Of a DNA stretch of 45,094 bases, positions 26,561 to 34,796 are shown piece by piece. The notes below the pieces were generated by a model. That model was not told where the DNA came from. It did no database searches and was given only the letters and a program-made list of their open reading frames with translations. The stretch's first letter is position 1; each line of letters begins with the position of its first letter. The DNA comes from Candidatus Avibacteroides avistercoris. GTDB taxonomy: Bacteria > Bacteroidota > Bacteroidia > Bacteroidales > Bacteroidaceae. The translations under genes and the position numbers were made by a program. Location: contig DWUP01000026.1 in assembly GCA_020012075.1 (NCBI GenBank), forward strand, positions 1 through 45,094. Direction: 5' to 3'.

Positions 26561-26659
26561 CAATCTCTATACACCGACGATAGCTATATATTCACCGACG
26601 TTAAATATATATTCAACGTCGTTAAACATATATTCAACGACGGTAAATATAAATTATGC
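26561..26659 (+). repeat. 21-bp-phased palindromic-core element, copy C
   Basis: Cores centred at 26577, 26598, 26619 and 26640. Units are TATATTCACCGACGTTAAATA / TATATTCAACGTCGTTAAACA / TATATTCAACGACGGTAAATA, preceded by CTCTATACACCGACGATAGCTA. Confidence 0.9.
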
Positions 26660-26851
26660 ACGACCACGGGACAAATTGCCTGCCATGCCTGAGAATGTCA
26701 TCCTCACGCCCACCGGAAGCCGCATAAGCACGACAATGCCACAATATGCCGCTTTGTATAATAAATCGGGCATATTTGACAAGGCGAAATATTGTTAATC
26801 AAAATAAAAACACTATTATTGCGGACATGTTGATTATACGTATACGATGTT

Positions 26852-27220
26852 ATGGAAGATTTTAAGAAGAAAAGCACATCTGATGCCATCGACAAGGATA
26901 TCATTTATTCAAAGTCGGTAAAGGCAGGAAAGAGAATTTATTATCTTGATGTCAAGCGAAGCAGGCGTGGAGAATTGTTCCTTGCAATCACCGAAAGCAA
27001 AAAGATAACCGTAGGCAGCGGTGACGAAGCCCACCTTAATTTTGAGAAACATAAAATATTCCTCTATCCGGAAGATTTTGGAAAGTTCACCAACGGGCTG
27101 CATGAAGTCCTCGACTATATCAACCGGCAAAACGACAATGAGGACAAAAAGCCGGCAGGCCAAGACGGAAGTCACGGTAATGATGCAAAAGGCATGGACA
27201 TAGATATAACATTCGAGTAG
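26852..27220 (+). CDS. DUF3276 (PUR-alpha-like nucleic-acid-binding) protein
   Basis: 122 aa. SKSVKAGKRIYYLDVKRSRRGELFLAITESKK and LYPEDFGKF are typical of DUF3276. Confidence 0.75.
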   Translation: MEDFKKKSTSDAIDKDIIYSKSVKAGKRIYYLDVKRSRRGELFLAITESKKITVGSGDEAHLNFEKHKIFLYPEDFGKFTNGLHEVLDYINRQNDNEDKKPAGQDGSHGNDAKGMDIDITFE

Positions 27221-27234
27221 ACCGGAGCTTTGCA

Positions 27235-27290
27235 TAAAAAAGCATCAAGCGGCGATATGGCCTCATGGCTCATGTCGCCGCTTGATGTCT
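27235..27290. terminator. shared hairpin terminator between convergent DUF3276 and UvrD-like genes
   Basis: Stem CATCAAGCGGCGA(TATGG) 27243-27260 pairs with (TCATG)TCGCCGCTTGATG 27270-27287. An A6 run before the stem gives a U-tract on the minus strand. Confidence 0.7.
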
Positions 27291-27313
27291 ATTGTCGTCA
27301 GGCCTACGGACAG

Positions 27314-29554
27314 TCAATCTGCTTTGGTGAACTTGGCATACTTGAGCAACAACTGCTTGCTGCCGACATTGTCAAACTCGACGTGGGCGCGCGTGCTGTC
27401 GCCCGTGTCCTCGATGCGGGTTATCGTGCCGAGGCCGAAGCGCTCATGCCTGATGCGGTCGCCCACCCTGACCCCATACTCGGGTGAATAGTCGCGGGTG
27501 GCGGCAGACGGAGTCTCGCTCTGCCTGATGCGTTGCAGCGTGGCCGGGCTCGCGGCTACAACCGGCCGGCGTCCGGCAGCAGGCGCGGCAGATGCCGACG
27601 ACTGGATGTAGCGGCTGTCGATGTCGGCTATGAATCGGCTGGGACGACAGGCTTCCATCTTGCCAAAACGGAAACGTGATAAAGTATATGACAAATAACA
27701 ACGGCGTTTGGCACGTGTGATTGCCACATAACAGAGCCTTCTCTCCTCCTCGATGGCCGGCGGGGTCTCATAGTCCATCACGTAGGGGAAGAGTCCGTCC
27801 TCAAGCCCCACGATGAACACGTCTGCGAACTCCAGTCCTTTGGCCGCATGTATGGTCATCAGATTGACACGCGGGGCGACAGCATCGTCCTGTGTCTCGG
27901 TAATGTCTGACAATAGTGACACCTCGGCAAGGTAGTCATTGAGTGTCACCACTCGCCCGCTCTCCTCCTGCTGCTCCTGACAATAGGACGCTATGGCATT
28001 ATACAGCTCCTCGACATTCTCACGCTTTGAGATATCCTCGATGTCGGTCGATGCGGCCAGCTCGCGCTTTATGCCTGTCTGTTGCAATATTCTGTCGGTC
28101 ATGTCGGCGGCAGATACATCGGCACCTGCAGCTTCGCCTTGCAGACGCTCGATGAGCGATGCGAAAACTTTGACCTTGGCAGCCGATGACGGAGAGATGC
28201 CTGTGTCATAGGCCGAGAGGTCTGACGCCACTTGCCACAGCGACACTCCCCGACGCAATGCCTCCGCCGATATGCGTCCGACTGTCGTATCGCCGATGCC
28301 CCGCTTAGGGTAATTGATGACGCGCTTGAACGCTTCTTCGTCATTCGGGTTGCAGACGAGACGGAAGTAGGCCATTACATCCTTGATCTCTTTACGCTGG
28401 TAGAAAGACATTCCTCCATAGACTTTGTGCGGGACATTGTTTTTCACCAGCTCCTCCTCGAATACACGCGACTGCGAGTTGGTGCGATAGAGGATTGTGA
28501 TTTCATTTGCCGGTTCGCCGGCGGCGAGCAAATTCTTTATTTTTCCGACTACGATGACAGCTTCCTCAAGGTCTGTATAGGCACGGATGAGTTGCAGTTT
28601 CTGACCGGTCTCACCGCAGGAATAGGTGTCCTTGGGGATTTGTCGGAGATTTTTCTTTATCAGGCTGTTGGCCGCCGAGACTATGCTCTGTGTCGAGCGG
28701 TAGTTTTGCTCCAGCTTGAATATCTTGGCGTTGGGATACAGTTTGGTGAACGAGAGGATGTTGTCAATCTTGGCTCCGCGAAACGAGTATATGCTCTGTG
28801 CATCGTCGCCCACGACACAGATGACGTTGCCCTGCTGCGAGAGTTGTGTCATGATCTTGTGCTGGGCGAAGTTGGTGTCTTGGTATTCATCCACCAATAT
28901 ATATCTGAACATCTCTGCATAGCGGCGGCACACCTCAGGGTTGTTGTGGAATAGCAGGTAGGTGTAGACCAGCAGGTCATCGAAATCCATCACTCCGCAC
29001 TGGCGGCAGCGATCCCAATATGCCTTATAGATTTTGGCGAGTGAGGGCTTGCCTGTCGAGCGGTCGTGTTCCATCATCTTGGCGGCATACTCTGATGGCG
29101 AGATGAGCGCATTCTTGGCATTAGAGATGCGGGCAAAGACATCGCCGGGCTTATATTGCTTGTCGTCGAGCCCCATCTCCTTGACCAGAGCCTTGACCAG
29201 ATTGCGCGAGTCGGTATTGTCATAGATGGTGAAGTTGCGGGGGAAACCGACCAGTTCATGCTCTGTCTGGAGGATACGCATGAAGACCGAGTGGAATGTC
29301 CCCATCCACAGTCGCCGCGCCAATTGATGTCCGACCATCGAGGCTATCCTCTCTTTCATTTCATTGGCGGCTTTCTTGGTGAAAGTCAATGCCAGTATGC
29401 TCGCCGGGTCAATATGCCTGTCCAGCAAGTATGCAATCTTGTAGGTCAGTACCCGTGTCTTGCCCGAGCCTGCCCCCGCCACCACAAGCGACGGGACATC
29501 GATGCACTCGACGGCGGCACGCTGGTTTTCGTTCAGACTATCCAAATCAATCAT
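27314..29554 (-). CDS. ATP-dependent DNA helicase, UvrD/PcrA/Rep family
   Basis: Walker A AGAGSGKT, motif II DEYQDTN, and a C-terminal Tudor-like RHERFGLGTI segment. Confidence 0.9.
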   Translation of the reverse strand: MIDLDSLNENQRAAVECIDVPSLVVAGAGSGKTRVLTYKIAYLLDRHIDPASILALTFTKKAANEMKERIASMVGHQLARRLWMGTFHSVFMRILQTEHELVGFPRNFTIYDNTDSRNLVKALVKEMGLDDKQYKPGDVFARISNAKNALISPSEYAAKMMEHDRSTGKPSLAKIYKAYWDRCRQCGVMDFDDLLVYTYLLFHNNPEVCRRYAEMFRYILVDEYQDTNFAQHKIMTQLSQQGNVICVVGDDAQSIYSFRGAKIDNILSFTKLYPNAKIFKLEQNYRSTQSIVSAANSLIKKNLRQIPKDTYSCGETGQKLQLIRAYTDLEEAVIVVGKIKNLLAAGEPANEITILYRTNSQSRVFEEELVKNNVPHKVYGGMSFYQRKEIKDVMAYFRLVCNPNDEEAFKRVINYPKRGIGDTTVGRISAEALRRGVSLWQVASDLSAYDTGISPSSAAKVKVFASLIERLQGEAAGADVSAADMTDRILQQTGIKRELAASTDIEDISKRENVEELYNAIASYCQEQQEESGRVVTLNDYLAEVSLLSDITETQDDAVAPRVNLMTIHAAKGLEFADVFIVGLEDGLFPYVMDYETPPAIEEERRLCYVAITRAKRRCYLSYTLSRFRFGKMEACRPSRFIADIDSRYIQSSASAAPAAGRRPVVAASPATLQRIRQSETPSAATRDYSPEYGVRVGDRIRHERFGLGTITRIEDTGDSTRAHVEFDNVGSKQLLLKYAKFTKAD

Positions 29555-29557
29555 CGG

Positions 29558-30652
29558 TCACTTCAATGCTCTTTTATAAAGTATGACGGCTACAATGGCA
29601 TAGAGTGCATTGGGTATCCACACGGCGATAGCCGGCGGTGTGTCGCCATTGATGGCAAATGTCGAGGACACTGTCTGGAACAATATATAAGAAAAGCTCA
29701 ATGCAAGGCCAATGCCGAGGTGAAGCCCCATCCCCCCCTTGACTTTGCGCGAAGAGAGTGATGCTCCGATAGCCGTCAATATGAATGCCGCAAATGACAT
29801 GGCGATGCGTTTGTGGTATTCTATTTCAAATTCCTTGATGTTGGCAAAGCCCCTCGACTTCTGGTTGTCGATATACGTGTCCAGCTGCGGGGATGTCATG
29901 ATCTGCTCCTGCCCGCGCATTATAAGGAAGTCTGAGGGCTCCATATTGATTACCGTATCCATTTCATAACCTCTCGTTATGGTCTCGCGCATATCATCAA
30001 ACGTGCGTATCATATAATTACGCAGTTTCCACGTATGATTATTGGCCAAGGTGTCATATATGATGCTTCTGGCCGTGAGGTGCGAGACGAGTTTCTTGTC
30101 CTCAAACTTATCGAGAGAGAAGCGATAACCGGTATTGTTGTTCCTTGAGAACTGGTCAAGATAGGCTATCATGCCGTCGCCGACGGCAAGTTGCACGTTG
30201 CTGGCGAAATCTGCTTTCTTCTTTTTGATATAACGGTCCTCGAACTCCAGCCGCACCGCACTGCCGCGTGGGATGACATAAGCCCCCAGACAGAATGTGA
30301 GTACTGCAATAAATGCAGCAGAAATCATATATGGCCGCATGAGACGTGTGAAGCTGACCCCTGAAGCATACATTGCTATTATCTCTGAATTCTCCGCCAG
30401 CTTGGATGTAAAGAATATGACAGCCACAAAGACAAACAACGGACTGAACAAATTGGCAAAATAGGGGATAAAATTCATATAATAGTCGAAGATGATGGCT
30501 GAGAGCGGAGCGTCATTGCCAATAAACTTGTCCATCTTCTCATTTATATCAAAAACTACGGCTATGGATATAATCAGTGCTATGGCGAACAGATAAGTCC
30601 CCAAGAACTTCTTGATTATATAGCTATCGAGCCTTGTGAATAGTTTGTTCAT
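29558..30652 (-). CDS. LptF/LptG-family LPS export permease
   Basis: 364 aa with YjgP/YjgQ topology: three TMs, a periplasmic beta-jellyroll region, then three TMs. N-terminus MNKLFTRLDSYIIKKFLGTY. Confidence 0.8.
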   Translation of the reverse strand: MNKLFTRLDSYIIKKFLGTYLFAIALIISIAVVFDINEKMDKFIGNDAPLSAIIFDYYMNFIPYFANLFSPLFVFVAVIFFTSKLAENSEIIAMYASGVSFTRLMRPYMISAAFIAVLTFCLGAYVIPRGSAVRLEFEDRYIKKKKADFASNVQLAVGDGMIAYLDQFSRNNNTGYRFSLDKFEDKKLVSHLTARSIIYDTLANNHTWKLRNYMIRTFDDMRETITRGYEMDTVINMEPSDFLIMRGQEQIMTSPQLDTYIDNQKSRGFANIKEFEIEYHKRIAMSFAAFILTAIGASLSSRKVKGGMGLHLGIGLALSFSYILFQTVSSTFAINGDTPPAIAVWIPNALYAIVAVILYKRALK

Positions 30653-30659
30653 CGGACAA

Positions 30660-31790
30660 TCACAATCTGGTTGATAGTCTTTCTACCATTTTCGCTTTCC
30701 ACACAGCAAAATCCCCTTCAATGATATGGATGCGTGCCTCGGTGACAAGCCACAGATAAAACGCGAGATTATGCACTGACGCTATTTGCATTGCCAAGAA
30801 TTCATGGGCATGGAACAAGTGGCGCAGATATGCGCGGCTATAAAGTGTATCGACATAAGACGCACCATCCTCCTCAATCGGCGAGAAGTCAAACTCCCAC
30901 TTTTTATTCCTCATGTTCATAATGCCGTTTTTCGTAAACAGCATCGCATTGCGCCCGTTGCGTGTCGGCATTACACAATCAAACATATCCACTCCACGCT
31001 CTATCCCCTCCAATATATTGACAGGTGTGCCTACCCCCATCAAATAACGTGGTCTGTCAGATGGCAAAATCTCATTGACGACTTCAATCATCTCATACAT
31101 CTTGTCCACTGGTTCGCCGACAGCCAAGCCTCCGATGGCATTTCCGAAGGCACCTTTGGATGCGATGTATTCTGCCGACCTTTTCCGCAAATCCGGGTAT
31201 ACACATCCCTGAACTATTGGGAACAAAGTTTGTTCATATCCATACTTAGGCTGAGTAGAATCAAACCTAGCCACACAGCGGTCAAGCCACCTGTGGGTCA
31301 TTTCCATTGACTTCTTGGCATAGGCATAGTCAGCCGTACCGGGAGTACATTCGTCCAGCGCCATTACAATGTCTGCACCGATGCTCCGCTCAATGTCCAT
31401 GACTCTCTCGGGCGAAAAGAAGTGCTTGCTCCCATCGATATGTGAACGGAATTCTACCCCCTCCTCTGTCAATTTGCGAATACCTGACAGCGAGAACACC
31501 TGAAATCCGCCACTGTCTGTCAGCATGGGACGCGTGAAACCGTTGAATCTGTGCAAACCTCCGGCACGTTCCAGCACTTCAAGCCCTGGACGCAAGTAGA
31601 GATGATAAGTGTTGCCAAGGATAATCTGCGCCTTGACATCATTGATAAGCTCTGTCAAATGCACAGTTTTGACCGACCCGACCGTGCCTACGGGCATAAA
31701 GATCGGCGTCATAATGTCGCCATGATCTGTAGCAATCACCCCGGCGCGGGCGTTGGTCAAACGGTCTCTGCCCTCAATTCTAAAATCCAT
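30660..31790 (-). CDS. tgt: tRNA-guanosine(34) transglycosylase
   Basis: Contains TPIFMPVGT, LTDSGGFQVFS, GLAVGE and DCVMPTRNGRNA motifs. Confidence 0.95.
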   Translation of the reverse strand: MDFRIEGRDRLTNARAGVIATDHGDIMTPIFMPVGTVGSVKTVHLTELINDVKAQIILGNTYHLYLRPGLEVLERAGGLHRFNGFTRPMLTDSGGFQVFSLSGIRKLTEEGVEFRSHIDGSKHFFSPERVMDIERSIGADIVMALDECTPGTADYAYAKKSMEMTHRWLDRCVARFDSTQPKYGYEQTLFPIVQGCVYPDLRKRSAEYIASKGAFGNAIGGLAVGEPVDKMYEMIEVVNEILPSDRPRYLMGVGTPVNILEGIERGVDMFDCVMPTRNGRNAMLFTKNGIMNMRNKKWEFDFSPIEEDGASYVDTLYSRAYLRHLFHAHEFLAMQIASVHNLAFYLWLVTEARIHIIEGDFAVWKAKMVERLSTRL

Positions 31791-31800
31791 TGTCTGATTA

Positions 31801-34245
31801 TTATTTACTTAAATCCAGAGGATTGGCGACCTTCTCATCCAGAAGGGCGTAGTCAAGCACTTCGCGCACGTCATCCACATAGTGGAATGTCAGGCCATCG
31901 ATATACATTGGCTCTATGTCCAATATATCACGCTCATTCTCACGGCACATTATAATGTCTGTTATGCCTGCACGCTTGGCAGCAAGGATTTTCTCCTTGA
32001 TACCCCCGACAGGGAGCACCTTGCCGCGCAGGGTAATCTCTCCCGTCATTGCCAGATTTGCCCTCACTTTGCGTTGGGTCAAAGCCGAGGCTATTGCCGT
32101 GGTCATAGTGATGCCGGCAGAGGGTCCATCCTTAGGTATAGCGCCTTCAGGCACATGGACATGTACATTCCAATTGTCGAAGACCTCATAAGGTATGCCC
32201 AATGCGGCAGCATGCGAATGGACATATTCGAATGCCAGCATTGCCGACTCCTTCATTACATCACCCAAATTGCCGGTCAGGGTCAATTTATTGCCCTTGC
32301 CCTTGCTGAGACTCGTCTCGATGAACAGTATCTCGCCGCCGACAGCCGTCCATGCCAGTCCTGTCACCACACCGGCATATTCATTGCCTTGGTACTTGTC
32401 GTTGAAGTATTCCTCTTTACCAAGATAGAAAGGCACATTCCCGGGCTTGATTACTTCGTCGTGCACTTGTCCATCCTCTGCGACGAAACGTGCCTGTTTA
32501 CGCATTATCTTGTTGATTTTCTTCTCCAGTTCGCGGACACCGCTCTCACGGGTATATGACCCGATAATCTTCTCGATGGCCTGCCTTGTGAATCTCAGGT
32601 TCACATCCTCCAGACCATTTGCCACAATAGCCTTGGGGATAAGATGCTTGCGGGCTATCTCGACTTTTTCCTCGAGGATATATCCGCTCACTTCGATTAG
32701 TTCCATGCGGTCAAGCAACGGCGCAGGAATAGTCCCGATATTGTTTGCCGTCGCGATAAACATGACCTTGGACAAGTCATAGTCCAAGTCCAAATAGTTG
32801 TCATGGAACGTATTGTTCTGCTCCGGGTCGAGCACTTCGAGCAATGCCGATGCCGGGTCACCCTGCCTGTCTGAGCTGATCTTGTCAATCTCGTCCAATA
32901 TGAATACAGGATTGGATGAGCCTGCCTTGATAAGCCCCTTTAATATCCGTCCGGGCATAGCCCCGATATAGGTCTTGCGGTGTCCGCGGATTTCGGCCTC
33001 GTCATGCACACCGCCGAGTGACATCCTAATGTACTTCCGCTTAAGTGCTGCGGCAATCGACCGCCCGAGCGAAGTCTTGCCTACGCCCGGAGGTCCGTAC
33101 AAGCATATTATCGGCGATTTGAAGTCCTTCTTGAGTTTCAGCACGGACAGGTGCTCGAGGATGCGTTCCTTCACTTTCTTAAGCCCGAAATGGTCTTTGT
33201 CAAGGACCTTTTCGGCATTTTTGATATTCAGATTGTCCTCTGTGCACTCATCCCAAGGCAGATTGAGCATCGTCTGGAGATAGTTGAGCTGCACATTATA
33301 GTCCGGTGACTGCTGGTTGATGTGCAACAACTTGTTGAGTTCCTTTTGGAAGTACTCGGCCACATCCTTGCTCCATTTTTTCGCCTCGCCTTTTTTCTGC
33401 AGCTCATCATACTCTTGATCTTCGACCGAATCACCGAGTTCATTCTGTATGGTCTTCATCTGTTGCTGCAGGAAATATTCACGCTGCTGCTGGTCTATGT
33501 CTTCCTTTGCCTTCGAGATAATTGAAGCCTTGATTTCGGCATACTGTATCTCGCGATTGAGCAACTCGAGCAAGTGGAATGCGCGCTGGGACAATTTGGG
33601 GAAACTCAGCAGACGCACTTTCTCGTCCTTGGAGATTGGGAAATTGGCACATACGAAGTTGATCAATGACTGTGAGTTGCTGATGTTTTGCACCGCAAAG
33701 CCCATCTCGCCGGGATTATTGCTGTCGACGGTCTTCATATACTTCAATACGCGGTCCTTGCAGCTGTCGAGCAGCATCTTGTAATTATCATCATTCGGCT
33801 CAGGCTTAATCTCGCGGTATGAAGAGATGTGTCCCCGCATATAAGGGTCGTTTTCCACCACGTCATTGAGTATTATGCGCGTCAGCCCATGGAGGATGAC
33901 CGTGACCGAATGATCAGGCATCTCGAGTATCCGCACTATCTTGGCCAGCGTGCCGACTGTATGCAGATCGACGAAGTCAGGATAGTCAACCTCTGCATTT
34001 ACTTGGCAAAAGACTGCTATTTCAGACTCATCCTTCATCGCCGCGCGTATCAGTTTGAGCGACGATGCACGCCCCACGCTGACAGGCATCACTATGCCGG
34101 GGAAAAGCACCATGTTGCGCAGCGGCAGGACTGGGAAAATCTTGTCCCAATCCAACTTGTCGGCCACAGCATCGCCATTGCTGTCGACATCCGCGATGAG
34201 CGAAAACGGATTGTCGACCTCTATGTCATCAAAAAATCGTTTCAT
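31801..34245 (-). CDS. lon: endopeptidase La (Lon protease)
   Basis: ORF (TTG at 34281) trimmed to the ATG at 34245 (MKRFFDD). Walker [10 protein letters not shown]. Catalytic [11 protein letters not shown]. Confidence 0.95.
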   Translation of the reverse strand: MKRFFDDIEVDNPFSLIADVDSNGDAVADKLDWDKIFPVLPLRNMVLFPGIVMPVSVGRASSLKLIRAAMKDESEIAVFCQVNAEVDYPDFVDLHTVGTLAKIVRILEMPDHSVTVILHGLTRIILNDVVENDPYMRGHISSYREIKPEPNDDNYKMLLDSCKDRVLKYMKTVDSNNPGEMGFAVQNISNSQSLINFVCANFPISKDEKVRLLSFPKLSQRAFHLLELLNREIQYAEIKASIISKAKEDIDQQQREYFLQQQMKTIQNELGDSVEDQEYDELQKKGEAKKWSKDVAEYFQKELNKLLHINQQSPDYNVQLNYLQTMLNLPWDECTEDNLNIKNAEKVLDKDHFGLKKVKERILEHLSVLKLKKDFKSPIICLYGPPGVGKTSLGRSIAAALKRKYIRMSLGGVHDEAEIRGHRKTYIGAMPGRILKGLIKAGSSNPVFILDEIDKISSDRQGDPASALLEVLDPEQNNTFHDNYLDLDYDLSKVMFIATANNIGTIPAPLLDRMELIEVSGYILEEKVEIARKHLIPKAIVANGLEDVNLRFTRQAIEKIIGSYTRESGVRELEKKINKIMRKQARFVAEDGQVHDEVIKPGNVPFYLGKEEYFNDKYQGNEYAGVVTGLAWTAVGGEILFIETSLSKGKGNKLTLTGNLGDVMKESAMLAFEYVHSHAAALGIPYEVFDNWNVHVHVPEGAIPKDGPSAGITMTTAIASALTQRKVRANLAMTGEITLRGKVLPVGGIKEKILAAKRAGITDIIMCRENERDILDIEPMYIDGLTFHYVDDVREVLDYALLDEKVANPLDLSK

Positions 34246-34278
34246 AAATGGATTTCCTCTTTCTGATAAAGTAGACTG

Positions 34279-34286
34279 CAAATTTA
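34279..34286 (-). promoter_or_regulatory. putative -7 box TAAATTTG for lon
   Basis: Minus-strand TAnnTTTG match, 34 nt upstream of the ATG at 34245. Confidence 0.4.
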
Positions 34287-34369
34287 GTCATTTTGCAATG
34301 TCCCATAAAATTTTAGTGTTCCTTATGACAATCCTCATGTCCGGGACGCCTCGGCGCCCATGCACGTGG

Positions 34370-34435
34370 CATCTGATGACAGACGTGAAAACATCTGATG
34401 CCATGACCCGCTGCATCTAATGCCACACCCGAAAA
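34370..34435. repeat. three tandem 22-bp repeats with CATCTRATG palindromic heads
   Basis: CATCTGATGACAGACGTGAAAA / CATCTGATGCCATGACCCGCTG / CATCTAATGCCACACCCGAAAA. Palindrome centres are at 34374, 34396 and 34418. Confidence 0.7.
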
Positions 34436-34569
34436 CATTGTATGCTGACGGGCAAAAGACCGTATGCCGCAGGCCGGCTCGCCTCACTGTGCATCATGCG
34501 CGTGAGAGCGCCGATGGCCGGGGCATATAAAGCAATGGAGGAAACCGGCATGTGGCTTCCCCCATTGAG

Positions 34570-34643
34570 TGACTCCTACAGGATTCAAACCTGTAACCTT
34601 CTGATCCGTAGTCAGATGCTCTATTCAGTTGAGCTAAGGAGCC
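34570..34643 (-). tRNA. tRNA-Arg (anticodon ACG)
   Basis: The 74-nt minus-strand sequence GGCTCCTTAGCTCAACTGAATAGAGCATCTGACTACGGATCAGAAGGTTACAGGTTTGAATCCTGTAGGAGTCA folds as a cloverleaf: 7-bp acceptor stem, anticodon loop CTACGGA, T-loop TTTGAAT. CCA is not encoded. Confidence 0.9.
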
Positions 34644-34657
34644 GTCATGACTGGTAG

Positions 34658-34731
34658 TGATCCCTACAGGATTCAAACCTGTAACCTTCTGATCCGTAGT
34701 CAGATGCTCTATTCAGTTAAGCTAAGGGACC
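34658..34731 (-). tRNA. tRNA-Arg (anticodon ACG), tandem second copy
   Basis: GGTCCCTTAGCTTAACTGAATAGAGCATCTGACTACGGATCAGAAGGTTACAGGTTTGAATCCTGTAGGGATCA. The core is identical to the neighbouring copy, with compensatory acceptor-stem differences. Confidence 0.9.
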
Positions 34732-34748
34732 TTCATTTGAATCGGGTG

Positions 34749-34756
34749 CAAAGATA
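34749..34756 (-). promoter_or_regulatory. putative -7 box TATCTTTG for the tRNA-Arg pair
   Basis: Minus-strand TAnnTTTG match, 18 nt upstream of the first tRNA 5' end (34731). Confidence 0.45.
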
Positions 34757-34796
34757 TAGCCTTATTATTTAATACACAAATTCCAAGGCATGTTTT

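Noticed and set aside
13102-26659. The AACGWCGTT cores resemble the inverted-repeat consensus of Bacteroides fragilis invertible promoters (ARACGTWCGT, from memory), which suggested a phase-variable DNA-inversion switch.
   Set aside because: The core is one nucleotide shorter than that consensus. The terminal inverted repeats are only about 60 bp apart, which is very short for a site-specific inversion. The internal units are direct, not inverted. No recombinase gene is nearby.
26426-26692. An 88-aa ORF reads through repeat copy C and encodes heptad-like YIFTDVK-YIFNVVK-HIFNDGK. Same-frame short ORFs also cross copy A (13100-13192, 30 aa) and copy B (18280-18450, 56 aa).
   Set aside because: A 21-bp unit is 7 codons, so any stop-free frame gives a periodic peptide, and two of the three plus-strand frames of the unit are open by chance. 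The N-terminal parts are unrelated and of very different lengths. Differences between units fall at codon positions 1 and 2 (D/V, G/V/D, Y/H) and follow the palindrome-centre flip, not synonymous sites. I see no promoter box in front. DNA-level constraint explains the pattern better than coding.
34442-34676. Two ORFs (71 and 60 aa) overlap the tRNA-Arg genes.
   Set aside because: They are spurious and are fully explained by the tRNA genes and their flanks.
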